Source of the DNA: a virus
IMG/VR virus record: IMGVR_UViG_3300049489_001336
Coordinates: 1 to 64,000 of that record
Strand: one strand, 5' to 3'
Length of the DNA: 64,000 nucleotides
The first letter of the stretch is position 1. Every line of letters begins with the position of its first letter. The notes below the pieces were generated by a model. The model had not been told where the DNA came from. It did no database searches and saw nothing but the letters and a program-made list of their open reading frames with translations. Below, piece by piece: positions 19,230 through 28,710 of this stretch. Position numbers and translations under genes: made by a program.

Positions 19230-19294
19230 CCACATCCCCTGATTAAATATGCCTCTTGCAGAGGATGTCACTTCTCAGGACAGTGGGATGGGTC
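19227..19294. other. Imperfect inverted repeat between convergent genes
   Basis: tgacc(a)catcccctg pairs with cag(t)gggatgggtcg and encloses a cctct-tgc-agagg hairpin. Confidence 0.45.
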
Positions 19295-19309
19295 GTACTT
19301 CCATGACGC

Positions 19310-20035
19310 TCAACTCTCAGCCGTAGGCAATCCTACCGAAATTGCCCGAAGTTGATTATCGGTCAGGTCGTTTGGTTTAGATGTTTGTTGTTTGTTATGG
19401 GAAACTCCCATGCTCGGAACTGGTGAGTTTTTCGGAATCACAGGCGTACGCACCTGAGTCCTCGGCGGCGGCACCGTCGAGGGCTTACTGTATGCGCGGT
19501 TCTTGTAACACCGATGGCATAGTTTGGGCGTTACCCATGCAACGCCTTGCTTGACTTTCGAGAACACGACCCCTGCATTGACCTCGGCGATCTCTTTGCA
19601 TGCCGGATTTTTGCACTGATAGACTTCCGCTTGGACGTCTGCCCAGTTTTGGGGAAATGCTACCTGTAGCCGTTCAAGGCCATGCAGAGAGCAGTCGATT
19701 TTCCTCCCGATTTCAATCTCTCGGAAGCACCTGCAAAGATACTCCTCCTGACGCGGAAGCGTATCTCGGCACAATACACACGTGCTGCGCTCCGTGCGAG
19801 GTGCATCGAGCTGCCACAACAACCTGTACAAGGCCGCCCACGCGTAGAGCTCATCGTAGGACCAGTGACGTCCTCGATCTGCGGCCAACAGGATTGCTTG
19901 GTCTAGTTTGGAGTTGTGAACCCCCCATACTGCGATTTTACCCAGCTGGTTGTCCATCTCCAGAAAGATTTCATCCGATAGGATGCTCAATCTGTCGACA
20001 GCCTCCAACAAAGTATCTACTCGTGATTTTGTCAC
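19310..20035 (-). CDS. Cys-rich (Zn-finger) hypothetical protein
   Basis: CVLC, CRC, CSLH, CKNPAC and CHRC motifs; GTG start preceded by AGGAGG. Confidence 0.65.
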   Translation of the reverse strand: MTKSRVDTLLEAVDRLSILSDEIFLEMDNQLGKIAVWGVHNSKLDQAILLAADRGRHWSYDELYAWAALYRLLWQLDAPRTERSTCVLCRDTLPRQEEYLCRCFREIEIGRKIDCSLHGLERLQVAFPQNWADVQAEVYQCKNPACKEIAEVNAGVVFSKVKQGVAWVTPKLCHRCYKNRAYSKPSTVPPPRTQVRTPVIPKNSPVPSMGVSHNKQQTSKPNDLTDNQLRAISVGLPTAES

Positions 20036-20106
20036 GTTCCCTCCTAGGGGTTTTGGTGCAGCGAAAACACCCGCCAGGTGTTTCCATATCCTTTTACCAG
20101 TAACGG

Positions 20107-20136
20107 TTGTGTAATTAGGAGGGGGGCGTGTATACT
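20107..20136 (+). promoter_or_regulatory. Sigma70-like promoter of the RNAP gene
   Basis: TTGTGT-N18-TATACT; the ATG lies 8 nt after the -10 box. Confidence 0.5.
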
Positions 20137-20144
20137 AAGGCGCC

Positions 20145-23100
20145 ATGGCCTTAAATTTGCAACCTGCGATGCTCAGTGCGTCTGAACGGCGCGAACAAAT
20201 TCGTCAAAAGACCATCACAGGGCTGAAAGACCTATTTCCGCTCATTGGTAAGAATTCAACGCTTGATATTCGTAATATCGCTATCAAGCGAAAAGAATAT
20301 TCTACGAACGAGCAAAAAGACGCGCTCATGAGTGGGCGTACGTTGCACGAGCCTATCCAAGCAACGCTTGTTCTTAAGGATAACAAGACAGGCAAAGTGC
20401 TTGATGAAAAGCAACGCACGTTGCTTCACCTTCCTTATTTCACACAACGCTACACGTTTATCGTAGGCGGCAACGAGTACGACATTCCTAGCCAGCTCCG
20501 TTTGAAGCCCGGTGTCTATACGCGCGAGCGCAACAACGGTGAATTTGAAGCCGCTTTCAACTTGAGCAAAGGCGATAACTTCCGTATCGCCATGGAGCCC
20601 GAGTCCGGCAAAATACACATGGAGCTGGACGCTTCAAAAATCCCGCTTTATCCCCTTTTACGTTCTCTCGGGGCGACTGACACAGAGATTAAGAACTACT
20701 GGGGCGCAGAACTGAAAGACGTAAATGCGACTCTCGGTAAAGACAAAGAAGAAGTCGTATTAAACAAAATTATTAACAAGATCAAGCGCGCAGGAGACGC
20801 CGTTCCAGGTACCCTTGAAGGCAAGCGGGATTTTGTACGCAATTATTTTGAAAACACTGCGATGGACGGGGAGGTAAATGAGCGTACGCTAGGTAAGCCT
20901 GTAACTAAAGCAAACGCCTTAGCGCTGCTCACAGCTTCTAAAAAGCTTATCGACGTACACCGGGGTCACGCAAAAGGCGATGATCGTGACAGTCTTGAGT
21001 TTAAGACGATGCACGGTGTTGAAGACTTTTTCCGTGAGCGCTTAGACAAAGAAGCACGCCGCACGATCTCCAAAAAGATTGTCGCACGGCTAAACCAGTC
21101 AAAGACAAACGATATTGGTACTATCGTACCGAATTCTGCGTTTTCTAAGTCGATTAACATGTTTTTGACAAATGCGGCGCTATCGTCCCAGCCCGCACAA
21201 ATTAACCCCGTAGAGATTATCGATTACGCGTCTAAAGTCACTTCGCTTGGCGAAGGCGGCATGAGCAGCGAACGTCAAGTAACCAACGAATCTCGTAAAA
21301 TTCACAATACCCATTTCGGTATTTTAGATCCAGTACGTACCCCTGAAACAGGGCGTGCTGGAATTGACGTACGCAGTAGTTTAGCCGCATTTAAAGACGA
21401 AAAGGGAAACCTTTACTCTTTAATGCAAGACGCGAAAACAGGGAAAATGACCCACGTGCCGGTCATGACCCTGGCGAAAAGTGTTGTTGCGTTTCCTCGG
21501 CAAGATCATCGTAAGCTATTAGACGCGTTCAAAAACGGAGATATACATTCCGTTCAACGTAAAGACGTTGATTATATCCTGCCTGATCCCACGTACATGC
21601 TTAGCCCTGCTACCGCATTAGTGCCTCTGCTAAACGGAATGCAAGGTAACCGCTCTATGATGGGCGCCAAGTTTCAGACACAAGCGTTGCCTTTAGTAGA
21701 TCGCGAAGCGCCTTTCGTACAAGCCGCAGCTCCAAGAAAAGGGCAAAGCATGGAGCGTGAAGTCGCGCGCCTCGTAGTGCCCACATCCCCTGTCGACGGA
21801 ACCATTGATAAGATTGACGACGACTATATCTACATTCGTCCCTCTGCCAAAACAGCGGCAGCGGCCAGTGATCTCGTTAAGCTGCCTTACGACAGCTATT
21901 TTCCTTTGGCGTCTAAAACGTATCTACACAATGAAATAAAAGTAAAACCAGGGCACGTGGTCAAACAAGACCAGATGCTAGCAGAGTCTAACTTCACAAA
22001 AGACGGAACACTAGCATTAGGTAAAAACCTTTCTGTCGCATACCTCGCTTACTACGGTAAAAACTCCAACGACGCAGTCGTGATTAGCGAAGACGCAGCT
22101 AAAAAGCTGACGTCTGAGCACATGTACAAAGAGTCTTTGCCGAAGACGAGTGATGTCGTCACAGGTAAAGATAAATACCGCGCGTACTACGGAATGCGTT
22201 TTACGCAAGCGCAATTAGATAAACTGGATGAAAACGGCGTTGCCAAAAAAGGGGCAATTCTCGCTAAAGGCGACCCCCTCATTCTTGCGTTACGCAAGGC
22301 GGCGCCCACGCCAGAAGCAACACTGTTGGGTAATTTTCATAAGTCCCTTGTTAAGCCGTATCGTGATGCCACGATTACCTGGGACAAAGTAACTCCTTGC
22401 GTAGTGCAAGACGCCGTAAACGCGGCACGACAAATCATGGTTACTGTGCGTACGCAAGAGCCTATGAAAATCGGCGACAAACTCTCTAACCGCTTTGGCG
22501 GTAAAGGCGTTGTCTCTGAGATTATTCCCACGAACCGCATGGTTCGTGACGAGAGCGGTAAACCTATTGACGTACTCTTTACGTCTGCAGGTATCGTCAG
22601 TCGTATCAATCCGGCACAGGTCGTGGAAGCTGCTTTAGGCAAAGTAGCAGAAAAGACAGGCAAGCCTATCATCTTGCCCCAGTTTCACTCAGACGACAAT
22701 GTGCAGTTTGCAAAAAAGCTCTTAAAAGAGCACGGTGTTAAAGACAAAGAAACAGTTTACGACCCAATCTCTGACCGGGAAATCAAAGATATTTTCGTAG
22801 GACGTTCCTACATTCACAAATTATTTAAGTCTACAGAGACTAACTATGCAGCCCGTGGCGTTTCTGATTATGACATTAATCAGCAACCTACCCGTGGCGG
22901 TGAAGAAGGTGCAAAAGGGTTGGGCAAGATGGAGATTAACGCTCTTCTTGCGCATAACGCTCGCAATGTCCTCAAAGAGGCTTTAACCCTCAAAAGTGAG
23001 AAAAGCGATGCCTTCTGGCGTGCGTACGAATTTGGCTTGCCGACTCCGCCGCCTAAAACGCCTTTTGTATCTGAAAAATTGGTATCAATGCTCCAAGGTG

Positions 23101-24536
23101 CAGGCATTAACGTCAATAAACAAGGGACGTTAGTAAGCCTCGCCCCCATGACCGACACGGAAGTAACGAAGATCTCAGCAGGAGGACTTTCGGTTCCCAG
23201 CTTAGAAAAAAGTAAGTCGTTCATGGTCAACGCCAAGAACATGGCTCCCGAGACAGGTGGATTATTCGATCCTAACCTTACCGGGGGTATGTCGGGCACT
23301 AAATGGGCTCATATTGACTTGACCGAGCCTATTGTTAATCCCGTGTTTGAGGACAGCGTACGCCGTCTTCTCGACTTGAGCAAAAAGAAGCTCAAAGACG
23401 AAATAAATACGATTGGTGGCGAAGGCATCAAGAACAAACTCAATGCCTTAAACCTTGACCAATTAGAAAAAGACCTTTTGGCTAAATCTAAAACAGCCAG
23501 AGGGCCTGAACTCGATAACGTCGTAAAGAAAATAAAGTATATCAGAGCGCTAAAAGCGGCAGGGCATACTAAAGCAGGTGACGCCTACACGCTGTCCAAG
23601 CTTCCGGTAATCCCTCCGGTAATGCGGCCTATTTTGCCTTCGGCACGGGGTAATGAGCTACAGGTATCAGACATAAACTATTTGTATCGCGATGCTGCGT
23701 TAGCCAGTGTGGCGTTGGCTAATGCAAAAGAAACCGAAGTGCCCACGTTAGTGCAAAACGCACGTGCGCATCTTCACGACACGACGAGTGCTCTGTTTGG
23801 CCTTACTACACCCACGAGTCCACAATTACAGGGACGTGATGTAAAAGGCTTTATCGAACAAATCGCAGGTTCGGGGTCCCCTAAGAGTGGTTTCTTGCAC
23901 AAGAAAGTACTCAAGCGCCAGCAAGATCTTACCGGACGTGCAACGGCTACGCCCGATAATACTTTGGATATTGATCAAATAGGTATTCCAGAGGATATGC
24001 TTTGGACGACCTATTCTAAGTTCATTATGCGGGGCCTCATCAGTCAAGGGTACAAGCCTTTGGACGCACAAAAAATGATCGAGGAGCGTCACCCTGCAGC
24101 AAAAACGGTGCTTGACCAAGAAACAAAACAACGTCCGGTTTTCGTAAACCGTGCACCGTCACTACATAAGCACAATTTCGTTGCAGCGTACCCTGTGCCT
24201 GTATCGGGTAAATCTCTGCGTGTAAACCCGTTTATGGAGCGTGGTCAAAACCTTGACTACGACGGCGACGCCATGCAGATCCACGTACCTGTCACAACTA
24301 AGGCGGTGGAAGAGGCCCGAAAGCTAACGCTTTCTAATCTGTTGTTTACGGATAGTCACGCCGATGACTTGGTTATTTTCCCACAGCACGAAGCTCTTTT
24401 AGGTACGTATTTGGCGACAAAACCACAGGTGACGAGTGCGGTTCGTAAATTCAAAACCAAAAAAGAAGCTATGGACGCGTATCATCGCGGGGAGATCACT
24501 ATGAATACTCCCGTCGAGATACTAGAATTGACATAA
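20145..24536 (+). CDS. rpoBC: Phage multi-subunit RNA polymerase: beta subunit fused to the N-terminal (catalytic) half of beta'
   Basis: Beta motifs RKIHNTHFG.LDPV.TPE, NRSMMGAKFQTQA, GKN..VAY....G.N.NDA, GDKLSNRFGGKGVV, QQPTRGG...GKME. Beta' motifs GGLFD, LPVIPPVMRP, SDINYLY, NRAPSLH and catalytic NLDYDGD (24249-24269). Confidence 0.92.
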   Translation: MALNLQPAMLSASERREQIRQKTITGLKDLFPLIGKNSTLDIRNIAIKRKEYSTNEQKDALMSGRTLHEPIQATLVLKDNKTGKVLDEKQRTLLHLPYFTQRYTFIVGGNEYDIPSQLRLKPGVYTRERNNGEFEAAFNLSKGDNFRIAMEPESGKIHMELDASKIPLYPLLRSLGATDTEIKNYWGAELKDVNATLGKDKEEVVLNKIINKIKRAGDAVPGTLEGKRDFVRNYFENTAMDGEVNERTLGKPVTKANALALLTASKKLIDVHRGHAKGDDRDSLEFKTMHGVEDFFRERLDKEARRTISKKIVARLNQSKTNDIGTIVPNSAFSKSINMFLTNAALSSQPAQINPVEIIDYASKVTSLGEGGMSSERQVTNESRKIHNTHFGILDPVRTPETGRAGIDVRSSLAAFKDEKGNLYSLMQDAKTGKMTHVPVMTLAKSVVAFPRQDHRKLLDAFKNGDIHSVQRKDVDYILPDPTYMLSPATALVPLLNGMQGNRSMMGAKFQTQALPLVDREAPFVQAAAPRKGQSMEREVARLVVPTSPVDGTIDKIDDDYIYIRPSAKTAAAASDLVKLPYDSYFPLASKTYLHNEIKVKPGHVVKQDQMLAESNFTKDGTLALGKNLSVAYLAYYGKNSNDAVVISEDAAKKLTSEHMYKESLPKTSDVVTGKDKYRAYYGMRFTQAQLDKLDENGVAKKGAILAKGDPLILALRKAAPTPEATLLGNFHKSLVKPYRDATITWDKVTPCVVQDAVNAARQIMVTVRTQEPMKIGDKLSNRFGGKGVVSEIIPTNRMVRDESGKPIDVLFTSAGIVSRINPAQVVEAALGKVAEKTGKPIILPQFHSDDNVQFAKKLLKEHGVKDKETVYDPISDREIKDIFVGRSYIHKLFKSTETNYAARGVSDYDINQQPTRGGEEGAKGLGKMEINALLAHNARNVLKEALTLKSEKSDAFWRAYEFGLPTPPPKTPFVSEKLVSMLQGAGINVNKQGTLVSLAPMTDTEVTKISAGGLSVPSLEKSKSFMVNAKNMAPETGGLFDPNLTGGMSGTKWAHIDLTEPIVNPVFEDSVRRLLDLSKKKLKDEINTIGGEGIKNKLNALNLDQLEKDLLAKSKTARGPELDNVVKKIKYIRALKAAGHTKAGDAYTLSKLPVIPPVMRPILPSARGNELQVSDINYLYRDAALASVALANAKETEVPTLVQNARAHLHDTTSALFGLTTPTSPQLQGRDVKGFIEQIAGSGSPKSGFLHKKVLKRQQDLTGRATATPDNTLDIDQIGIPEDMLWTTYSKFIMRGLISQGYKPLDAQKMIEERHPAAKTVLDQETKQRPVFVNRAPSLHKHNFVAAYPVPVSGKSLRVNPFMERGQNLDYDGDAMQIHVPVTTKAVEEARKLTLSNLLFTDSHADDLVIFPQHEALLGTYLATKPQVTSAVRKFKTKKEAMDAYHRGEITMNTPVEILELT

Positions 24537-24537
24537 C

Positions 24538-24738
24538 ATGGCTGACTTTTATAAACGGGGTAGAACGCTAGCCCTGGCTAAACTAGGGTTTCTTAGTTCG
24601 ATTGACCCGGAAGATCTCCCCGAGTTTTTAGCTGTCTCCAAACGGCGGCAGTTACAAAAACTTTATGAAGCGAATGCGGCAACAGGACTACCTGCAGGTG
24701 GTCTCATCGAAACTCCTAATTACCCCACAACGTTCTGA
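24538..24738 (+). CDS. Small protein with Y-x-x-G-x3-AL-x-KLG N-terminal motif
   Basis: MADFYKRGRTLALAKLGF; the motif is shared with ORFs at 25143 and 41451. Confidence 0.6.
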   Translation: MADFYKRGRTLALAKLGFLSSIDPEDLPEFLAVSKRRQLQKLYEANAATGLPAGGLIETPNYPTTF

Positions 24739-24750
24739 ACAGAGGTAAGT

Positions 24751-25146
24751 ATGGCAACGCCAGGACAAGCATTTTGGCAAACGGCGGTCACCCAATTACT
24801 TGACTTGGTGTTTGTTATCGCCACACCTATTGCGATTACCTTGACACGGCGTCTTATTGCTGTGCTCGAAACCAAGACAGGCGTGGACGTTGCCGAACGT
24901 CACGAACGGTTGATTGACAGTGCCATAGAAAAAGGCATTGCATACGCGCACGAGCAGTCACGCAAAGCCTTAAAAGCCTCCGAAAAACCCATCCCCGGTG
25001 ATGAAAAGAAACGCGCGGCCTTAGCTTTCGCCACAGGGCTGTTAGAAGAGGCGGGAGGCGTAACCTATGTCAAAGACACGTTAGAACGTCTTATCGAAGC
25101 CAAACTCAACATGAGCCGTCCTGCTGACAAACGAGATACGTTATGA
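24751..25146 (+). CDS. Putative holin (LL-H-like) / single-TM membrane protein
   Basis: N-terminal hydrophobic helix LLDLVFVIATPIAI, then IEKGIAYAHEQ...G.EKKRAA...LIEAKL, a pattern typical of LL-H-family holins. Confidence 0.55.
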   Translation: MATPGQAFWQTAVTQLLDLVFVIATPIAITLTRRLIAVLETKTGVDVAERHERLIDSAIEKGIAYAHEQSRKALKASEKPIPGDEKKRAALAFATGLLEEAGGVTYVKDTLERLIEAKLNMSRPADKRDTL

Positions 25147-25385
25147 ATAATTACCAGGCAGGGTGTTTGTCTGCGTTAACCAAACTCGGATTTTCCGCAG
25201 ACGAATTTGCTGAGCTTGTACAGCAAGACGATACAGACGAGTTTGTGAATCAAACGAGCACAAACCCAGAGATTCTTAAAAAGCTAAACACAACGCCTGC
25301 GTGGTCTGATAAGTCTACGCTAGACGCAGGTGACGTAGGCACGCGGGTCCATGAAATGGGCTTACCTCGGTTTGGTGGTGTCTAA
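25143..25385 (+). CDS. Small protein with Y-x-x-G-x3-AL-x-KLG N-terminal motif
   Basis: MNNYQAGCLSALTKLGF. Confidence 0.6.
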   Translation: MNNYQAGCLSALTKLGFSADEFAELVQQDDTDEFVNQTSTNPEILKKLNTTPAWSDKSTLDAGDVGTRVHEMGLPRFGGV

Positions 25386-27190
25386 TGGCAAAAACGCTGG
25401 GTCAGTATCTTTTAGATGAAGTTATTCCTGCGCCCTATCGCCCTAAAGACGGCGTTTACGGTACCAAAGAGCTCAAGAAGAGCATGGTGCAACTCGCCAA
25501 GGATGACCCAGCGAAATACGTAAAAACAATCACGCAAGTAAAACGACTAGGCGATGAGTTTGCCACCAGCATGGGTATCTCGGTTGGCCTAGACGACATC
25601 GCGCCGCAGTACAAGGAGCGCGACGCCATCACTAAGCCAGCGCTTGCTCAAGTTAAAAAAGCAAAGACACCCGAAGACCGTCAAAAGATAATCGCAGAGA
25701 CCCAAGAAAAGCTTTTGCAGTATGCGATTAACCACCCAGGAACCATGGGTGAAATGGCGCGTTCGGGCGCTCGCGGTTCTGCTTTGCAGTTAATGCGTGC
25801 AGTAGGCGCCCCTGCAGCAAGTAACGACGAACATGACCAGTTGCAGCCCTGGCTCACTACGAGAAGTTATTCTGAAGGGTTACGGCCTTCAGAATGGTGG
25901 GCGAATGGGCGTGAAGCCCGTATGTCTGCGGTTAAATCAAACATTGAGGTAACCGAGCCAGGAGATCTCTCAAAAATCCTCGTTAACAACACGAGCGATC
26001 AAGTTGTAACTACCGCTGACTGTGGCACACGAAATGGCCTTTTATTTAAGACTACAGAATCAGCGCCTATCGATAGATTTACTGCGCGTGATGAGCATGG
26101 AATTACACGCAATACGTTAGTTACGCCGCGCATACTCGGAGATTTAAATAAAAAGGGAATTGCCAAAATAATGGTTAGGTCCCCGATGACCTGCGAGTCC
26201 ATGCAGGGCGTATGCCAGAAGTGTATTGGCCTTAACTCGGTAGGGGCATTGAATCGCATCGGCGATAACGTCGGAATTCGCGCGAGTCAGGCCTTGAGTG
26301 AGCCTCTTACACAGCTTGCGCTAAATGCGAAGCACGGCGTGCGTATGTCAGGCCAGAATCCGCTGGACGTGTCGGGTTTGGCAGGATTTCGCATGTTGCT
26401 AGAATCCCCGTCTGCCTTCAAAAACAAGGCTACGCTCGCACCTGAGAACGGAAAAATAACTGATATAAAAAAGGCACCGCAAGGTGGTCACTTTATTACC
26501 CTTAATAGTAATAAAGTATATGTCATGGCAGGGCTTAACCCCGTAGTCTCTGTAGGAGACACGGTTCACGCGGGAGACGTGCTGTCTGAAGGCGTCCCTA
26601 AGCCCGACGAAGTTGTTAAGTACAAAGGGCTCGGTGCAGGACGCGAATATCTCGTAGATAAATTGACGGGTATCTACCAAAACAAAACGGATAGGCGTCA
26701 CTTAGAGGTTTTGGCCAAGTCCCTACTAAATCACGTACAAATAGAAGAAGTCGATGATGATGACTCTGCAGAGCACGGGTTAGTGCGTGGAGATATCATT
26801 GACTACAACCGTTTTAGAAATATTGCGTCAACCAAAGCAGTGGAAACGCCCTTAAATCAAGCAGAGGGGTTGTATTTAGGGGAAGGAATTCTACATCATC
26901 TTGTAGGTACGCGAATTACCGCGCCCCTTATTAATGAGTTGCGCCAGGCAGGCATCACCAAGGTCAAAACCGCAATCAAGGCGCCTGTCGTTTCTCCTGT
27001 AATGGAACCCGCGACGAGAAACCCTTTACTCAACCCTGATTGGCTCGTACGCTTGGGCCACCGCTACTTAAAGAAGTCCATACTGGATGGTGCCCAGCAT
27101 GGTCAAGCTTCAAACGTTCACGGGACGCACCCCCTACCCGGTTTAGTTTTTAGCACTGAGTTCGGTGACGGCGAAGATGGCCGTTACTAA
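25385..27190 (+). CDS. rpoC: RNA polymerase beta' C-terminal half
   Basis: SGARGS, bridge-helix-like SYSEGL...GREAR...EPGDLSKILV, Zn site ADCGT + RSPMTCE..GVCQKC, trigger-loop-like GIRASQALSEPLTQLAL...H, and RRHLEVL. Confidence 0.88.
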   Translation: MAKTLGQYLLDEVIPAPYRPKDGVYGTKELKKSMVQLAKDDPAKYVKTITQVKRLGDEFATSMGISVGLDDIAPQYKERDAITKPALAQVKKAKTPEDRQKIIAETQEKLLQYAINHPGTMGEMARSGARGSALQLMRAVGAPAASNDEHDQLQPWLTTRSYSEGLRPSEWWANGREARMSAVKSNIEVTEPGDLSKILVNNTSDQVVTTADCGTRNGLLFKTTESAPIDRFTARDEHGITRNTLVTPRILGDLNKKGIAKIMVRSPMTCESMQGVCQKCIGLNSVGALNRIGDNVGIRASQALSEPLTQLALNAKHGVRMSGQNPLDVSGLAGFRMLLESPSAFKNKATLAPENGKITDIKKAPQGGHFITLNSNKVYVMAGLNPVVSVGDTVHAGDVLSEGVPKPDEVVKYKGLGAGREYLVDKLTGIYQNKTDRRHLEVLAKSLLNHVQIEEVDDDDSAEHGLVRGDIIDYNRFRNIASTKAVETPLNQAEGLYLGEGILHHLVGTRITAPLINELRQAGITKVKTAIKAPVVSPVMEPATRNPLLNPDWLVRLGHRYLKKSILDGAQHGQASNVHGTHPLPGLVFSTEFGDGEDGRY

Positions 27191-27265
27191 ATCGGTAGTA
27201 AAGACTTGGGCTAAACAATAAACCGGACTATGATTAACGCGTTACCTCTAGAGGAGCAGGTACAA

Positions 27266-28507
27266 ATGTCGAATTCACCGCTGTTCAAGCGCGCCTTCGT
27301 TCGTGGATTAAATGCTGAGCTGATTCGTCAAGGTGTTGTTGTTTATCCGTCGAAGGAAGCCGCGGATGCGACAGCCGATTTCGTCGCGGACGAATCGGGA
27401 ATGCCTGATCCCTACCTGGAAAACGATAAGCTCAACCTTAAAGTCGCGAGCGTACTCGTCGAACACCTGACGAAAGGTGCTGAATACCAGTGCCAGCAGG
27501 CCGGTAATAAGTTCAACCCCGCCGTAACCAAGACAGCACAGGCCGAAACGGCTGTTAGCCTCGCCAATAGCGACGCTTGGGCCATCATGGAAAAGTGCGC
27601 AGCCGAGACGGGTTCTCTGGTCGAAGGCGGCGACAACAAGAATGACATGCCCGCCGCTGCGTCGAATAACGCAGAAGCCGCACTCGAAAACAAGCAGCGC
27701 CCCGAAAACTACGCCAACCTGGGCGAAAAGGGCGTCGGCAATTACGAGGGCAAGGGCGAAGGCACCGTCGGCACTGAGCAGAAACACCCTGAAGCGCCTA
27801 AGAGCACTGACAGCGGTTCCAACTCAGTAACGGAACAGAGCAGCAAGTCAGCTTCTCTGGCTTCGATTATTCGCCGAATCGGCAAGACTGCCGAGAGCAC
27901 CGGTAGCCTTATCACCGGCGGCGGTAACCCCAATGACCTGCCCGCTGCCGCAGCCAGCAACGCGGAAGCCGCACTTGAACAGAGCATGCGCCCCGAAGGT
28001 TACGCCAACCTGGGCGAACGCGGCGTAGGTCAGACCGAGATGCAAGTTCCTGGCAACGCGGTCGTAGGCACCGAGCAGCCGCACAGCCTTGCCCCTGGCG
28101 CCACGGACTCCGGATCCAACTCTATCATCGAGCACTCAAAGAACGCGTTTGATCAACTCTTTGAGAATACAGCTAAGCAGGTAGTTCCTTACCTGCCTGA
28201 GAACATGCAGGATGAGCAGAAGGTTGCACACGTTCGAGCCATGATGGGCCTCGAAACGTCTGACCGCGCTGGTTACCTGCAGAACTTGTACACAGGCCTC
28301 GGCGCCAAGAAGGAAGCCGCCGCTGCAGTGCGCAACCACTTTATCAAGGCCGCCGAAGAGTCCTGTGATTCTTCTGAAGAAAAGAAGGAGGAGGGCCCTG
28401 GCCTCCCCGCCTTCATGAAGAAAGAAGAAAAATCTGAGGAGAAGAAGGAAGAAAAGTCCGCTTCTCTCAGCGCGCTCCGCAGTCGCCTTAAGACCGTCAA
28501 TGCCTGA
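27266..28507 (+). CDS. Putative inner-head/scaffold protein with internal duplication and many K-x-A motifs
   Basis: GAGGAG RBS 9 nt before ATG 27266; C/G-ending codons like the capsid gene; TKTAQ, EKCAA, SKSAS, GKTAE, SKNAF, EKSAS. Confidence 0.6.
   Translation: MSNSPLFKRAFVRGLNAELIRQGVVVYPSKEAADATADFVADESGMPDPYLENDKLNLKVASVLVEHLTKGAEYQCQQAGNKFNPAVTKTAQAETAVSLANSDAWAIMEKCAAETGSLVEGGDNKNDMPAAASNNAEAALENKQRPENYANLGEKGVGNYEGKGEGTVGTEQKHPEAPKSTDSGSNSVTEQSSKSASLASIIRRIGKTAESTGSLITGGGNPNDLPAAAASNAEAALEQSMRPEGYANLGERGVGQTEMQVPGNAVVGTEQPHSLAPGATDSGSNSIIEHSKNAFDQLFENTAKQVVPYLPENMQDEQKVAHVRAMMGLETSDRAGYLQNLYTGLGAKKEAAAAVRNHFIKAAEESCDSSEEKKEEGPGLPAFMKKEEKSEEKKEEKSASLSALRSRLKTVNA
27596..28140 (+). repeat. 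Intragenic tandem duplication of a ~85-aa unit
   Basis: AETGSLVEGG..NDMPAAASNNAEAALE..RPENYANLGEKGVG...VGTEQ.H..AP..TDSGSNS occurs twice in the translation. Confidence 0.85.
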
Positions 28508-28514
28508 TTAAAAC

Positions 28515-28703
28515 ATGGCGCTTACGCGAGCAGCACTCAAGCTCGGGCTCCAGCTTGTCCAAACGAAGCTTGGGCAAGTCATGGGGGACCCGAGTTTTTC
28601 TATTCTACCTCAGCAACCCGTAGCGTTTGAGCACGCTTTAGCTCGCCCAAAACGCACAGGTACTGCTAACATCAAACCGCCCAAAATCGTAAACACCCGG
28701 TAG
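28515..28703 (+). CDS. Small hypothetical protein
   Basis: Fills the gap between two plus-strand genes; has an ALKLG motif near the N-terminus. Confidence 0.45.
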   Translation: MALTRAALKLGLQLVQTKLGQVMGDPSFSILPQQPVAFEHALARPKRTGTANIKPPKIVNTR

Positions 28704-28710
28704 AGAACCC

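Noticed and set aside
19227-19294. Hammerhead ribozyme (CUGA word)
   Set aside because: No CUGANGA plus GAAA core on either strand.
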